Positions 26,989-35,017 of a stretch of 58,186 nt of DNA are shown here, piece after piece. The translations under genes and the position numbers were made by a program. How positions within the stretch are numbered: position 1 is the first letter of the stretch; each line of letters begins with the position of its first letter. The notes under the pieces are model-generated. The model was not told the DNA's origin and ran no database searches. It worked only from the letters and a program-made list of their open reading frames with translations. Source of the stretch: Patescibacteria group bacterium (GTDB lineage: Bacteria > Krumholzibacteriota > Krumholzibacteriia > Krumholzibacteriales > Krumholzibacteriaceae); contig DATKWS010000091.1 in assembly GCA_035529435.1 (NCBI GenBank), forward strand, positions 1-58,186, written 5' to 3'.

Positions 26989-27740
26989 AGGAATTGCTCG
27001 CCCGGGTGGCCGACGGTTCGCTCACCGTCACCGACGCGGTCGAGCGGTTGAAGGTCTTTCCATTCGAAGACATGGAATTCGCCAAGGTCGACCACCACAG
27101 GGCGCTGCGCCGCGGTTTCCCGGAGGTGATCTTCTGCGAGGGGAAGACGCCGGAGCAGATAGTTCTGATCGCCCGGGGCATCATCGAGCAGGGGGGTAAT
27201 ATACTCGCCACGCGCTGTAGCGATTCGCTGTTCGAGAGCGTCGCACCGCTCCTTCCCGAAGCGCGGTATCACGGGGAGGGTGCCCTGTTCGTCGTGGAGC
27301 GGCGTGAAGTCGCGCGGCACGGCACCGTGGCGGTTGTCTCCGGAGGCACATCGGACCGGCCCGTCTCCGAGGAGGCCGCCCTGACCGCCCATTATCTCGG
27401 GTGCGGCGTCGTGCGCCTGTACGATGTCGGGGTGGCGGGGATCCACCGTCTTTTCTCGAGCTGGGAGCAGATCCGCGGGGCGGATGTGCTGATCGTCGTC
27501 GCCGGTATGGAGGGCGCGCTCGCCAGCGTTGTCGCCGGCATCGCCGATGCGCCCGTCATTGCGGTACCGACGAGCGTCGGGTACGGAGCGAGTTTCGGCG
27601 GCCTCGCCGCGCTGCTGGCGATGTTGAACAGCTGTGCCGGCGGCGTCACCGTCGTCAACATCGATAATGGATTCGGCGCCGGTTTCGCAGCGGCGGTCAT
27701 CTGCCGCAAGGTGTACGCCGCCGGGGACGACAGGGGGTAG
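26970..27740 (+). CDS. larB: Pyridinium-3,5-biscarboxylic acid mononucleotide synthase (LarB, PurE-like)
   Basis: N-terminal 'DHHRALRRGFPEVIFCEGKT', then a PurE-like core 'VAVVSGGTSDRPV...IVVAGMEGALASVVAG...VIAVPTSVGYG'. 19-nt overlap with dusB. Confidence 0.85.
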   Translation: MQETRLKELLARVADGSLTVTDAVERLKVFPFEDMEFAKVDHHRALRRGFPEVIFCEGKTPEQIVLIARGIIEQGGNILATRCSDSLFESVAPLLPEARYHGEGALFVVERREVARHGTVAVVSGGTSDRPVSEEAALTAHYLGCGVVRLYDVGVAGIHRLFSSWEQIRGADVLIVVAGMEGALASVVAGIADAPVIAVPTSVGYGASFGGLAALLAMLNSCAGGVTVVNIDNGFGAGFAAAVICRKVYAAGDDRG

Positions 27741-27795
27741 ACGCGTCGCGGAAATCGAGGTGACGCTGTAACGCACCTTATACACGACATGACCA

Positions 27796-29163
27796 ATGGA
27801 GGAGCGTGTGCGGAAGAAATCATCAGCCGGAAAATCCCATGAAATACTCATCGTCGATCCCACGGGCGGGCTCAGCGGCGATATGCTGCTCGCATGCCTG
27901 TTTGCGCTGGGGGTGAATCCGCGCGATGTCGAACGCGAGATCGCCGGGCTGCCGGGCCTCGAACCGTTTCGTATCGTGGTCGGGAAAGTCAGGCGGAAGG
28001 GGTTTTCACTGTGGCGCGCCCGTGTCCGGTGCGGGGCGGCGCACTCGTCGCGGGATCTCGGTTCGATCCTGGCCATGATAGAGCGATCGACCCTGGAGCA
28101 CAAGGTCAAGGAACTCGCCTCGGCGGTCTTCGGTGCGCTCGGCCGCGTCGAGGGTGCGATTCACGGTGTACGCCCCGAGAAGGTTCATTTCCACGAGGTG
28201 GGTGCGGTCGATTCGATCGTCGATATCGTGGGAGTCATCGTCGCCCTGTCGATGCTCCGGTTTCCCCGGTTGTACCATCGCCCGTTCAGGTTGGGGGAGG
28301 GTACGATATCGATAGCTCACGGGACTCTTCCGGTCCCGGTCCCGGCCACGCTCGCGCTGCTCGAGGGGAGAACGGTGACCCTCGGCGGCGTTGAGGGCGA
28401 AGTCGTCACCCCGACCGGCGCCGTCCTCATGAGGATTCTGGCCGAGGAGTTGCCCGCCGATCTCTCATTCGTTCCCCGCGGGGTAGTCTATGCAACCGGC
28501 ACGAGGGAGGGTGAACCGGGAGCCGGCGTGCTGCGTATGATATCGGTGGAGCGGTGTGAAATCGATCGGGAGATCATCGTCGTTCGCACGACGATCGATG
28601 ACATGAATCCCGAGCTGTACGGGCACGTGCAGGAAATGCTCTTCAACGCCGGTGCACTCGAGGTATACCTGACGCAGATCATCATGAAGAAGGGCCGCCC
28701 CGGCATTCTCGTGACCATTCTGTGCAACCGCGCGGACCGCGGGCGTATCGTTCGCCTGCTGTTCGATGAAACCACCACCCTCGGTGTACGCGTGGGGAGC
28801 GAATGGCGGGAGGAACTCGAGCGGTGGACCGAGGCGGTCGATACGCCGTTCGGCAGCGTGCAGGTGAAGTACGGGCGGCTCCCGGATGGAACGGTCAAGT
28901 GTGCACCGGAGTACGAGTCGTGCCGATGCACCGCGGCCGCACGGAAGGTCCGCGTGGCCGATGTCTATCAGGCCGCCCGGGCGGCCGCGCGGGATGCGGG
29001 TGCGCGTGGGACGGCTCCGGCCGGCAGGCGATCGGGCGGTCGCACCCGGAACACGGAAACGGCGGCGCGTAAAACAACGGTGCGCGGCGCGCGTACCACC
29101 GGCGGCAACCTGAAGGGACGGCCGCCGTCGCCGGGGAGGGGCCGCAAAAAGGAGCGGAAATGA
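27796..29163 (+). CDS. larC: Nickel-insertion protein LarC (DUF111 family) with an Arg-rich C-terminal tail
   Basis: 'GGLSGDMLLACL' and 'HFHEVGAVDSIVDIVG' are LarC motifs. The last ~55 aa are an R/G/T/K low-complexity extension. Confidence 0.85.
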   Translation: MEERVRKKSSAGKSHEILIVDPTGGLSGDMLLACLFALGVNPRDVEREIAGLPGLEPFRIVVGKVRRKGFSLWRARVRCGAAHSSRDLGSILAMIERSTLEHKVKELASAVFGALGRVEGAIHGVRPEKVHFHEVGAVDSIVDIVGVIVALSMLRFPRLYHRPFRLGEGTISIAHGTLPVPVPATLALLEGRTVTLGGVEGEVVTPTGAVLMRILAEELPADLSFVPRGVVYATGTREGEPGAGVLRMISVERCEIDREIIVVRTTIDDMNPELYGHVQEMLFNAGALEVYLTQIIMKKGRPGILVTILCNRADRGRIVRLLFDETTTLGVRVGSEWREELERWTEAVDTPFGSVQVKYGRLPDGTVKCAPEYESCRCTAAARKVRVADVYQAARAAARDAGARGTAPAGRRSGGRTRNTETAARKTTVRGARTTGGNLKGRPPSPGRGRKKERK

Positions 29164-29921
29164 AACGTTTCATGGCGGCAATCCTCGCTGCTCTCCTCGT
29201 GTGGCCCGCATGCGCCGGCACCAGGCGGGGATCTTCTGAGCGGTCGATCGAGAAGGTGGTCACACACAAGGTGCGCGAGGGGGAAACGTGGCAGTCGATG
29301 GCGCGCGACTTCTACCGGGACGGGACGCGGGCCGGAGAGCTCGCCTCGTTCAATGGAACCCGGGAGGAACGGCCGCCGGCGGGGGGTGACGGTGTTCGCG
29401 TGCCGCTCTCGCGGACCGATCTGGAGCTGCTCGAGAAAAGACTCGATGCCGCTTCGGCGTACAACCTCGGGATCGAGCTGGCGTCGGCGGGGAATTACGG
29501 CGAGGCGGTCGAGCGGTTCCAGCGGGCGCTGTCGATCGATCCGAACATGTCCGAGGCATCGTTCAATCTCGCCGTCACCTACCAGAAACTCGGATTGCAC
29601 GTCAAGGCGGTTTCCCTTCTGAGGGAACTCGTCGAGCGCGACCCGGGCCGTGCGGATTATCATTTCGCACTCGGCAACTCCCATTTCCATACAGGAGACT
29701 TCGTGCGTGCGAAAGACGCCTTCATGCGAACGCTCGAGATCGACCGTACCCATCGCCGGGCCCTCTACTCCCTGGCGGTTGTCCACGAAAAACGTGCCGA
29801 GCGCGACGAGGCTCTCCGGTGCTATAGAGAGTATCTCGAGATCGATCCGGAGGGAGCCTGGGCGGACGAGGCGCGTGCGCGGCGCGATGCGATCATCCGC
29901 TCATCCGATCCGGAGCGGTGA
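29160..29921 (+). CDS. Secreted or lipoprotein with a LysM-like segment and TPR repeats
   Basis: Signal peptide 'MKRFMAAILAALLVWPAC'. 'HKVREGETWQSMARDFY' is LysM-like. About 4 TPRs follow. The ATG overlaps the larC stop (ATGA). Confidence 0.7.
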   Translation: MKRFMAAILAALLVWPACAGTRRGSSERSIEKVVTHKVREGETWQSMARDFYRDGTRAGELASFNGTREERPPAGGDGVRVPLSRTDLELLEKRLDAASAYNLGIELASAGNYGEAVERFQRALSIDPNMSEASFNLAVTYQKLGLHVKAVSLLRELVERDPGRADYHFALGNSHFHTGDFVRAKDAFMRTLEIDRTHRRALYSLAVVHEKRAERDEALRCYREYLEIDPEGAWADEARARRDAIIRSSDPER

Positions 29922-29926
29922 TGTTT

Positions 29927-29957
29927 GCCGGCCGGTGCACCACGGCGCCTTTTTTTT
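29927..29957 (+). terminator. Possible terminator after the dusB-larBC-TPR unit
   Basis: A GC-rich segment with only a short stem (GCCG 29931-29934 / CGGC 29943-29946) is followed by T8 (29950-29957), directly after the stop codon. Confidence 0.3.
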
Positions 29958-30379
29958 CCGGGGGAATACGATCTCGATTCGCCGGGCCTGCTGTCCGGCG
30001 CCGGGTACCCGGTCTGACGCCGCCCAACGTCCCGGCAGCGAATGCCGCTCCATAAACCGCCTTGCATATCGCACCCGGCGGTGGTACGGTGGGTGCGGTT
30101 TCACAGGGGCTATTGCACAACATACCGGAACAGTCTGTGGGCAACCGCGATGCCGTTAGGTACGGCAGGGTCCGGTGCTGTGGGACGTCCGTGCGGCGTA
30201 TTCCGGCATATCGCGAAGCCTGCATACACCGGCCTTGGCGGGAGGGAAATGCTGCCGGGCCGTTTGGGGAGCGTGTTCCTCATTCTTGCGCAAGGAGGTG
30301 AGTGATATCCCGACATGAGGCACGCTTACGCCGGCATTGTCCCGTGCTTGATACCCCGTTTCACAAGGAGGGTAGCGAT

Positions 30380-32545
30380 ATGAAACGATTTGCACTGTGC
30401 CTGATCGTTGCGCTGGTCATTCTGCCGTCGGTCGCGCACGTGACCGAAGATGCGGCGATCAGGGCGGTGGAGAGCGCGATCGTGAGAAAGATATATGTAC
30501 CATTCTCGCCGCCTCCACCCTCGATGTATTACGTTCCCGATCAGATGATCGTCCAGGTGAAGCCCTCCGTTATGGAGGTTTCGGATGAGGCGGTCGAAAG
30601 GGTCGCTTTCGCGAACTACGCCAGCCTGGAGGATCTCAACAAGCGGTACAAGGTGAGCCGGTTCTTCAGGGAGTTTCCGGATGCGGGATCTCCTACATTC
30701 GATACATCAGCGAACGGCCTCTCGCGGTACTACGTCGTTTATTTCGGCAAGGAGTTTCAGCTCAAGGAGGTCATGGCCGCGTACCGGGTCGACGAGTGGG
30801 TGGAAAAGGTCGAGGCGATCGGCGTCCATCCGATACTCGAGCGTTTTCCCAACGACACCTACTTCTTCAGCGACCAGTGGAACATGTACGACGATAACGA
30901 CAACGACGTCGACGCAACGGATGCGTGGGATCTCGAAACCGGCTCCGGGACGATCATTCTCGGCGATCTCGATACCGGTCTCCAGTACACATCCCGCGAT
31001 CTGGGAGGTTTGTCCCCCTATACCAGCGGAAATGTCTGGATAAACCAACAGGAGTACGAGGGGACTCCCGGCGTCGATGACGACGGCAACGGGTATGTCG
31101 ATGACTGGATCGGCTGGGATTTCGTGGACAACGTCTACCCGCTCTGGCCGGGAGAGGATGGCGATACCCCCGATAACGAGCCGACCGATTTCAACGGCCA
31201 CGGCACGCACGTGGGCGGCATCATGGGAGCGATCACGAACAACAGCTACATGGTCGCGGGGCTTGCCGGCGGCTGGTACGAAGGGTCGGGGCCGGCCAAC
31301 GGGGTCAAGATCATGGCTCTCAGGATCGGCTGGTCGGCGCCGTACGGCGGCCAGGAGGTCGGTTACGTGCGGATGGATTTCGCTGCACAGGCGATCTACT
31401 ACGCCGTGAACAAGGGGGTCACCGCAATCAACTGCAGCTGGGGTTCCTCGAATTCCGGCGGCCTGGGAGCGGCGGTCGACTATGCCGGTTCCCACGGTGT
31501 CATCGTCGTGCACGCCGCCGGTAACGACGGCAACAGCGTTGCCGATTACCTCGGATCGCGGACCGACGTGATCAATGTCGCGGCGACCGATTCGGCCGAC
31601 GTGAAGGCCGGGTTCTCGAATTTCGGCACGTGGGTGGATATTGCCGCACCGGGCGTCGACGTTCTCAGCACCTACTCGTACCACTACAATCCCAACTACA
31701 TCGCCTGGGTCTCCGGTACATCGCAGGCGGCACCGCATGTCACCGCGGCGGCGGGGCTCCTCAAGTCGTACGTCGGTACGTCGACGGCTTCCGAGATAAC
31801 CGACCTGATTCTCGATTACACCGACAACATCGACACCCAGAATCCCGGCTATGTGGGGCTTCTCGGGAGCGGGCGGCTCAACGTGTTCAAGGCGCTCGAT
31901 GCCGCGATCGCGCCGGCCGTAACCGTCATACAGCCGAACGGCGGCGAGGTGCTCTACATCGGACAGCAGTACGATGTCACGTGGGATGCATCCGACAATG
32001 TCGGGATCGATTCCTGCGTGATCGATTACTCCGTCGACAGCGGTGACACATGGATGTATATAGGTACCGTAGCCGGTAATCCCGGCGTCTACACATGGAC
32101 GGTGACCGGGCCTCCGTCGAGCACGTGCCGCATGCGGGTCACCGCGTATGACGCCGTCGGCGTTTCGGGATCGGATATTTCAGATGACGACTTCTGCCCA
32201 CCCTACCTGTCCGACGGGTCGGACGGCAGGGTCAAACAGCGGCGTTACATTACGATCATGGGAGGGGAAAACGAGATACCCTCCCGGACGGCGCTGTTCC
32301 AGAACTATCCGAATCCGTTCAATCCATCGACGCAGATCCGGTACTGCCTCCGCTCGAAGGGTCACGTGCGCCTCTCCGTGTTCAATGTGCTCGGACGGCG
32401 GATTTGCACGCTCGTCGATGAAACGCAGGAAGCGGGTTACCGTTCCGTCGACTGGAAAGCGACGGGATGCACCAGTGGCGTCTACTTCTATCGCCTCGAG
32501 ACGAATGATTTCCTCGAGACGAAAAAGATGATCCTTATGCGGTAG
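30380..32545 (+). CDS. Subtilisin-like S8 peptidase with a T9SS-type C-terminal sorting domain
   Basis: AAGGAGGG sits upstream of ATG 30380, followed by signal peptide 'MKRFALCLIVALVILPSVA'. The catalytic triad motifs are 'DLDTGL', 'HGTHVGGIMGA' and 'SGTSQAAPHVTAAAGLL'. The C-terminus 'FQNYPNPFNPSTQIRY...GVYFYRLE...KKMILMR' is a T9SS/Por sorting signal. Confidence 0.85.
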   Translation: MKRFALCLIVALVILPSVAHVTEDAAIRAVESAIVRKIYVPFSPPPPSMYYVPDQMIVQVKPSVMEVSDEAVERVAFANYASLEDLNKRYKVSRFFREFPDAGSPTFDTSANGLSRYYVVYFGKEFQLKEVMAAYRVDEWVEKVEAIGVHPILERFPNDTYFFSDQWNMYDDNDNDVDATDAWDLETGSGTIILGDLDTGLQYTSRDLGGLSPYTSGNVWINQQEYEGTPGVDDDGNGYVDDWIGWDFVDNVYPLWPGEDGDTPDNEPTDFNGHGTHVGGIMGAITNNSYMVAGLAGGWYEGSGPANGVKIMALRIGWSAPYGGQEVGYVRMDFAAQAIYYAVNKGVTAINCSWGSSNSGGLGAAVDYAGSHGVIVVHAAGNDGNSVADYLGSRTDVINVAATDSADVKAGFSNFGTWVDIAAPGVDVLSTYSYHYNPNYIAWVSGTSQAAPHVTAAAGLLKSYVGTSTASEITDLILDYTDNIDTQNPGYVGLLGSGRLNVFKALDAAIAPAVTVIQPNGGEVLYIGQQYDVTWDASDNVGIDSCVIDYSVDSGDTWMYIGTVAGNPGVYTWTVTGPPSSTCRMRVTAYDAVGVSGSDISDDDFCPPYLSDGSDGRVKQRRYITIMGGENEIPSRTALFQNYPNPFNPSTQIRYCLRSKGHVRLSVFNVLGRRICTLVDETQEAGYRSVDWKATGCTSGVYFYRLETNDFLETKKMILMR

Positions 32546-32590
32546 CCGGTATCGCAGCAACACGATGCACGAGAATCGCCTCTCCGTGAC

Positions 32591-32712
32591 GGGGGGGGCG
32601 ATTCGCATAGGGACGCGGCATACGGGACGCGGCATAGGGACGCGGCATGCGGGTTGCGGCATGCGGGGCGTGACATGCGCGGAGCGAAGTGCAGGGCGCG
32701 GCATGCGGGTGC
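32591..32712. repeat. G8 homopolymer followed by about 8 degenerate tandem copies of a 13-14-nt unit (GGGACGCGGCATRC)
   Basis: G8 at 32591-32598. Units read directly from the sequence:
- 32597 GGCGATTCGCATA
- 32610 GGGACGCGGCATAC
- 32624 GGGACGCGGCATA
- 32637 GGGACGCGGCATGC
- 32651 GGGTTGCGGCATGC
- 32665 GGGGCGTGACATGC
- 32679, degenerate
- 32694 GGGCGCGGCATGC. Confidence 0.85.
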
Positions 32713-32842
32713 ACCGTTGGGCGGCCATGAATTTTCGGAGCTTCATCACCGCCTTATTGTCCGTGAATGCTACATGGTAGCCGCCGATCTTCACGACTTT
32801 AATCTTGCGGCGACGGGGCACATTTCTCTAAGCTGGAGCGTC

Positions 32843-33700
32843 ATGGATACGAGGAATCAACAGTGGCACACACCGCCCTCGCGCATTACGCTCGGCGCGG
32901 ACGAGGTGCACATCTGGCGTGCCTCGCTCGATGTGAGCGTCGATTTACTTTCCCGCCTGCATTCCTCCCTCTCCGATGACGAATGGGCGCGGGTTGACCG
33001 GTTCCATTTCGAGAAGGATCGCGTACAGTTCACCGCCGCGCACGGAATCCTGCGTGATATCGTGGGGCGCTACCTCGATGTCGCTCCCGCGGAGTTGCGT
33101 TTCGGCGTCGGACCGCACGGGAAACCGGCGCTTCAAGGGACGGCCGCGGGAGAACGGGTCGAGTTCAACATGTCACATTCGCGCTGGATGGCCCTGTTCG
33201 CCGTGGCATCCCACCGGGCGGTCGGCGTCGATATCGAGTATATCCGCGGGGATGTCGCGTACGAGAAGATCGCCGGGCGGTTCTTCCACGATACCGAGGA
33301 GGCGTATCTGCGGAGGCTTACCGAACAGGAACGGCGCGGGGCCTTTTTCGTGCACTGGACGTACAAGGAAGCGTACATAAAGGGGCGGGGGAGGGGACTC
33401 TCGATCCCGACGAGAAGCTTCATCGTGCGGGTCATGGACGATGGGCGGGCGACGGTCGATCATGCCGGGGCACCTGAAGCCGACGGCGGCACGCCGGCGG
33501 GGCCTGCACCAGCCTGGCGTACGGAAGCGGATGTACGTGCCGTGGATACCACGGCAGGGCCTGTACCGCCCGGGCATGCCGGGCGGGAAACCGGTCAGCC
33601 AAAGCACTGGTGCCTCTTCGCGCTCGATCCCGCACCGGGGTATGCGGGCGCTGTGGCGATCGAAGGGGATGCAGCACGGCTCGTTCTGTGGGACTGGTGA
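32843..33700 (+). CDS. Sfp-type 4'-phosphopantetheinyl transferase
   Basis: 'GPHGKPAL', 'FNMSHSRWMALFAV', 'VGVDIE' and 'WTYKEAYIKGRGRGL' are Sfp-type motifs. ATG 32843 (GGAG 5 nt upstream) is preferred to the track start at 32654, which lies in the repeat array. The C-terminal region carries a P/A/G-rich insertion. Confidence 0.8.
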   Translation: MDTRNQQWHTPPSRITLGADEVHIWRASLDVSVDLLSRLHSSLSDDEWARVDRFHFEKDRVQFTAAHGILRDIVGRYLDVAPAELRFGVGPHGKPALQGTAAGERVEFNMSHSRWMALFAVASHRAVGVDIEYIRGDVAYEKIAGRFFHDTEEAYLRRLTEQERRGAFFVHWTYKEAYIKGRGRGLSIPTRSFIVRVMDDGRATVDHAGAPEADGGTPAGPAPAWRTEADVRAVDTTAGPVPPGHAGRETGQPKHWCLFALDPAPGYAGAVAIEGDAARLVLWDW

Positions 33701-33818
33701 TTCGTGCGTGTAATATACAGCACGTCCGTCGATAGATATGTTAATAAATATTCAATCGACGAATACAAATTACATGTACCGCAGCGAAGCGTATTCACGA
33801 TTGTAGCCATCGTGAGGC

Positions 33819-33847
33819 TTGCAATTTTATGGGATCTCCTCTATGCT
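33819..33847 (+). promoter_or_regulatory. Sigma70-like promoter in an AT-rich spacer
   Basis: TTGCAA (33819-33824), 17 nt, TATGCT (33842-33847). Confidence 0.4.
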
Positions 33848-33934
33848 GAATCAAATCATGAGCGGGTCTCTATGATCTCGTTATCGGGATTTTAAAAGAC
33901 GGGTATTGCACGATTTTCGCATCGGGAGGTTCGG

Positions 33935-34900
33935 ATGAGCGTCGAGGAACTGAAGATCGAGAAGCTCGATACGGAGGCATTCATCGCGGAACGGGTAAAG
34001 GAGATCCGGGCGGCGGTCGGAGACGGCACGGCCGTGAACGCCTTGAGCGGCGGTGTCGATTCGGCGGCGGTGACGATGCTGGGGCACCGTGCGCTGGGGG
34101 AGCGTCTCAAGACGTACTTCATCGAGAACGGCCTGATGCGGGAAGGGGAGCCGGAACGGATCGCGAGGCTCTTCCGTGAGCTCGGCGTACCGGTGGAAGT
34201 GATAGATGCGCGCGAGGAATTCTTCGGTGCACTCCGTGGGCTCGCCGATCCGGAGGAGAAACGCGAGGCGATAACGCAGACGTTTTACAAGGATGTTTTC
34301 GGCAGGCTGGTCGGGGAGAGCGGCGCCCGGTTCCTCCTTCAGGGAACCAATTACACCGATGTCGAGGAAACGGTGGCGGGCGTCAAACGCCAGCATAACA
34401 TCCTCGAGCAGCTCGGCATCGATACGAAGAAGGAGTTCGGGTACCGAGTGCTCGAACCGGTGATCAGGCTCAGAAAGACCGGTGTGCGGAAGGTTGCGGC
34501 GGCGCTCGGTCTTCCCGAGGAGATTCACGGCAGGCCGCCGTTCCCGGGACCGGCACTCGCCGCGCGGGTGATCGGCGAGGTGACCCCCGAGCGGATCGAG
34601 ACGGTGCGGGCGGCGACCGCCATCGTCGAGAACGAGCTGAAAATGTCGGGGGCGTTCCAGTACCTCGCAATTCTTCACCAGGACATGGTAACCGGTGTGC
34701 GGGAGGGGAAGCGTGATTTCGGGTTCCAGATAGAGGTGCGGTGCTGGGAGAGCACCGATGCGGTTACGGGAACGCCGACGAGGCTGCCCTTCGAGACGCT
34801 CGAGACGATCGCGGGTCGTATCACGGCCGAGGTTCCCGGCGTGGTGAGCGTCACGTACAACATTACCGGCAAACCGCCCTCGACGATCGAGGCGGTATAG
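33935..34900 (+). CDS. guaA: GMP synthase ATP-pyrophosphatase subunit (stand-alone GuaA C-terminal half, no GATase domain)
   Basis: PP-loop 'NALSGGVDSAAV', 'DPEEKREAITQTF', 'LLQGTNYTDVEE', and the GMP-synthase dimerisation region 'GRPPFPGPALAARVIGEVT' ending 'GKPPSTIEAV'. There is no N-terminal glutamine amidotransferase domain. Confidence 0.8.
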   Translation: MSVEELKIEKLDTEAFIAERVKEIRAAVGDGTAVNALSGGVDSAAVTMLGHRALGERLKTYFIENGLMREGEPERIARLFRELGVPVEVIDAREEFFGALRGLADPEEKREAITQTFYKDVFGRLVGESGARFLLQGTNYTDVEETVAGVKRQHNILEQLGIDTKKEFGYRVLEPVIRLRKTGVRKVAAALGLPEEIHGRPPFPGPALAARVIGEVTPERIETVRAATAIVENELKMSGAFQYLAILHQDMVTGVREGKRDFGFQIEVRCWESTDAVTGTPTRLPFETLETIAGRITAEVPGVVSVTYNITGKPPSTIEAV

Positions 34901-35017
34901 CGAGGCGCTTCCGCCCGGCAGGGTGGATCACCGCCGGACGGTACGCGGCGGGGAGATTGCCACGCAGCGGGTCGCCGCTGTTATATCGAGACGGAGCAGC
35001 GTTGCGGTAACGGCAGT

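Noticed and set aside
32597-32712. CRISPR array or plasmid-type iterons
   Set aside because: The units are contiguous with no unique spacers, and are far shorter (13-14 nt) than CRISPR repeats. There are no cas, rep or par genes nearby, and the period does not fit 20-22-nt iterons.
32180-32821. 213-aa minus-strand ORF whose translation shows 'MPRPxCRVP' repeats
   Set aside because: The peptide repeat is just the tandem DNA array read in one frame. Half of the ORF is antisense to the 3' end of the S8 peptidase gene, and there is no start context.
33935-34900. LarE (the missing NPN sulfur transferase) as the identity of the PP-loop protein
   Set aside because: Beyond the shared SGGxDS loop, it carries GuaA-specific blocks (DPEEKR, QGTxYxDVxE, PFPGP, the KPPxTIE C-terminus) and the GMP-synthase dimerisation domain.
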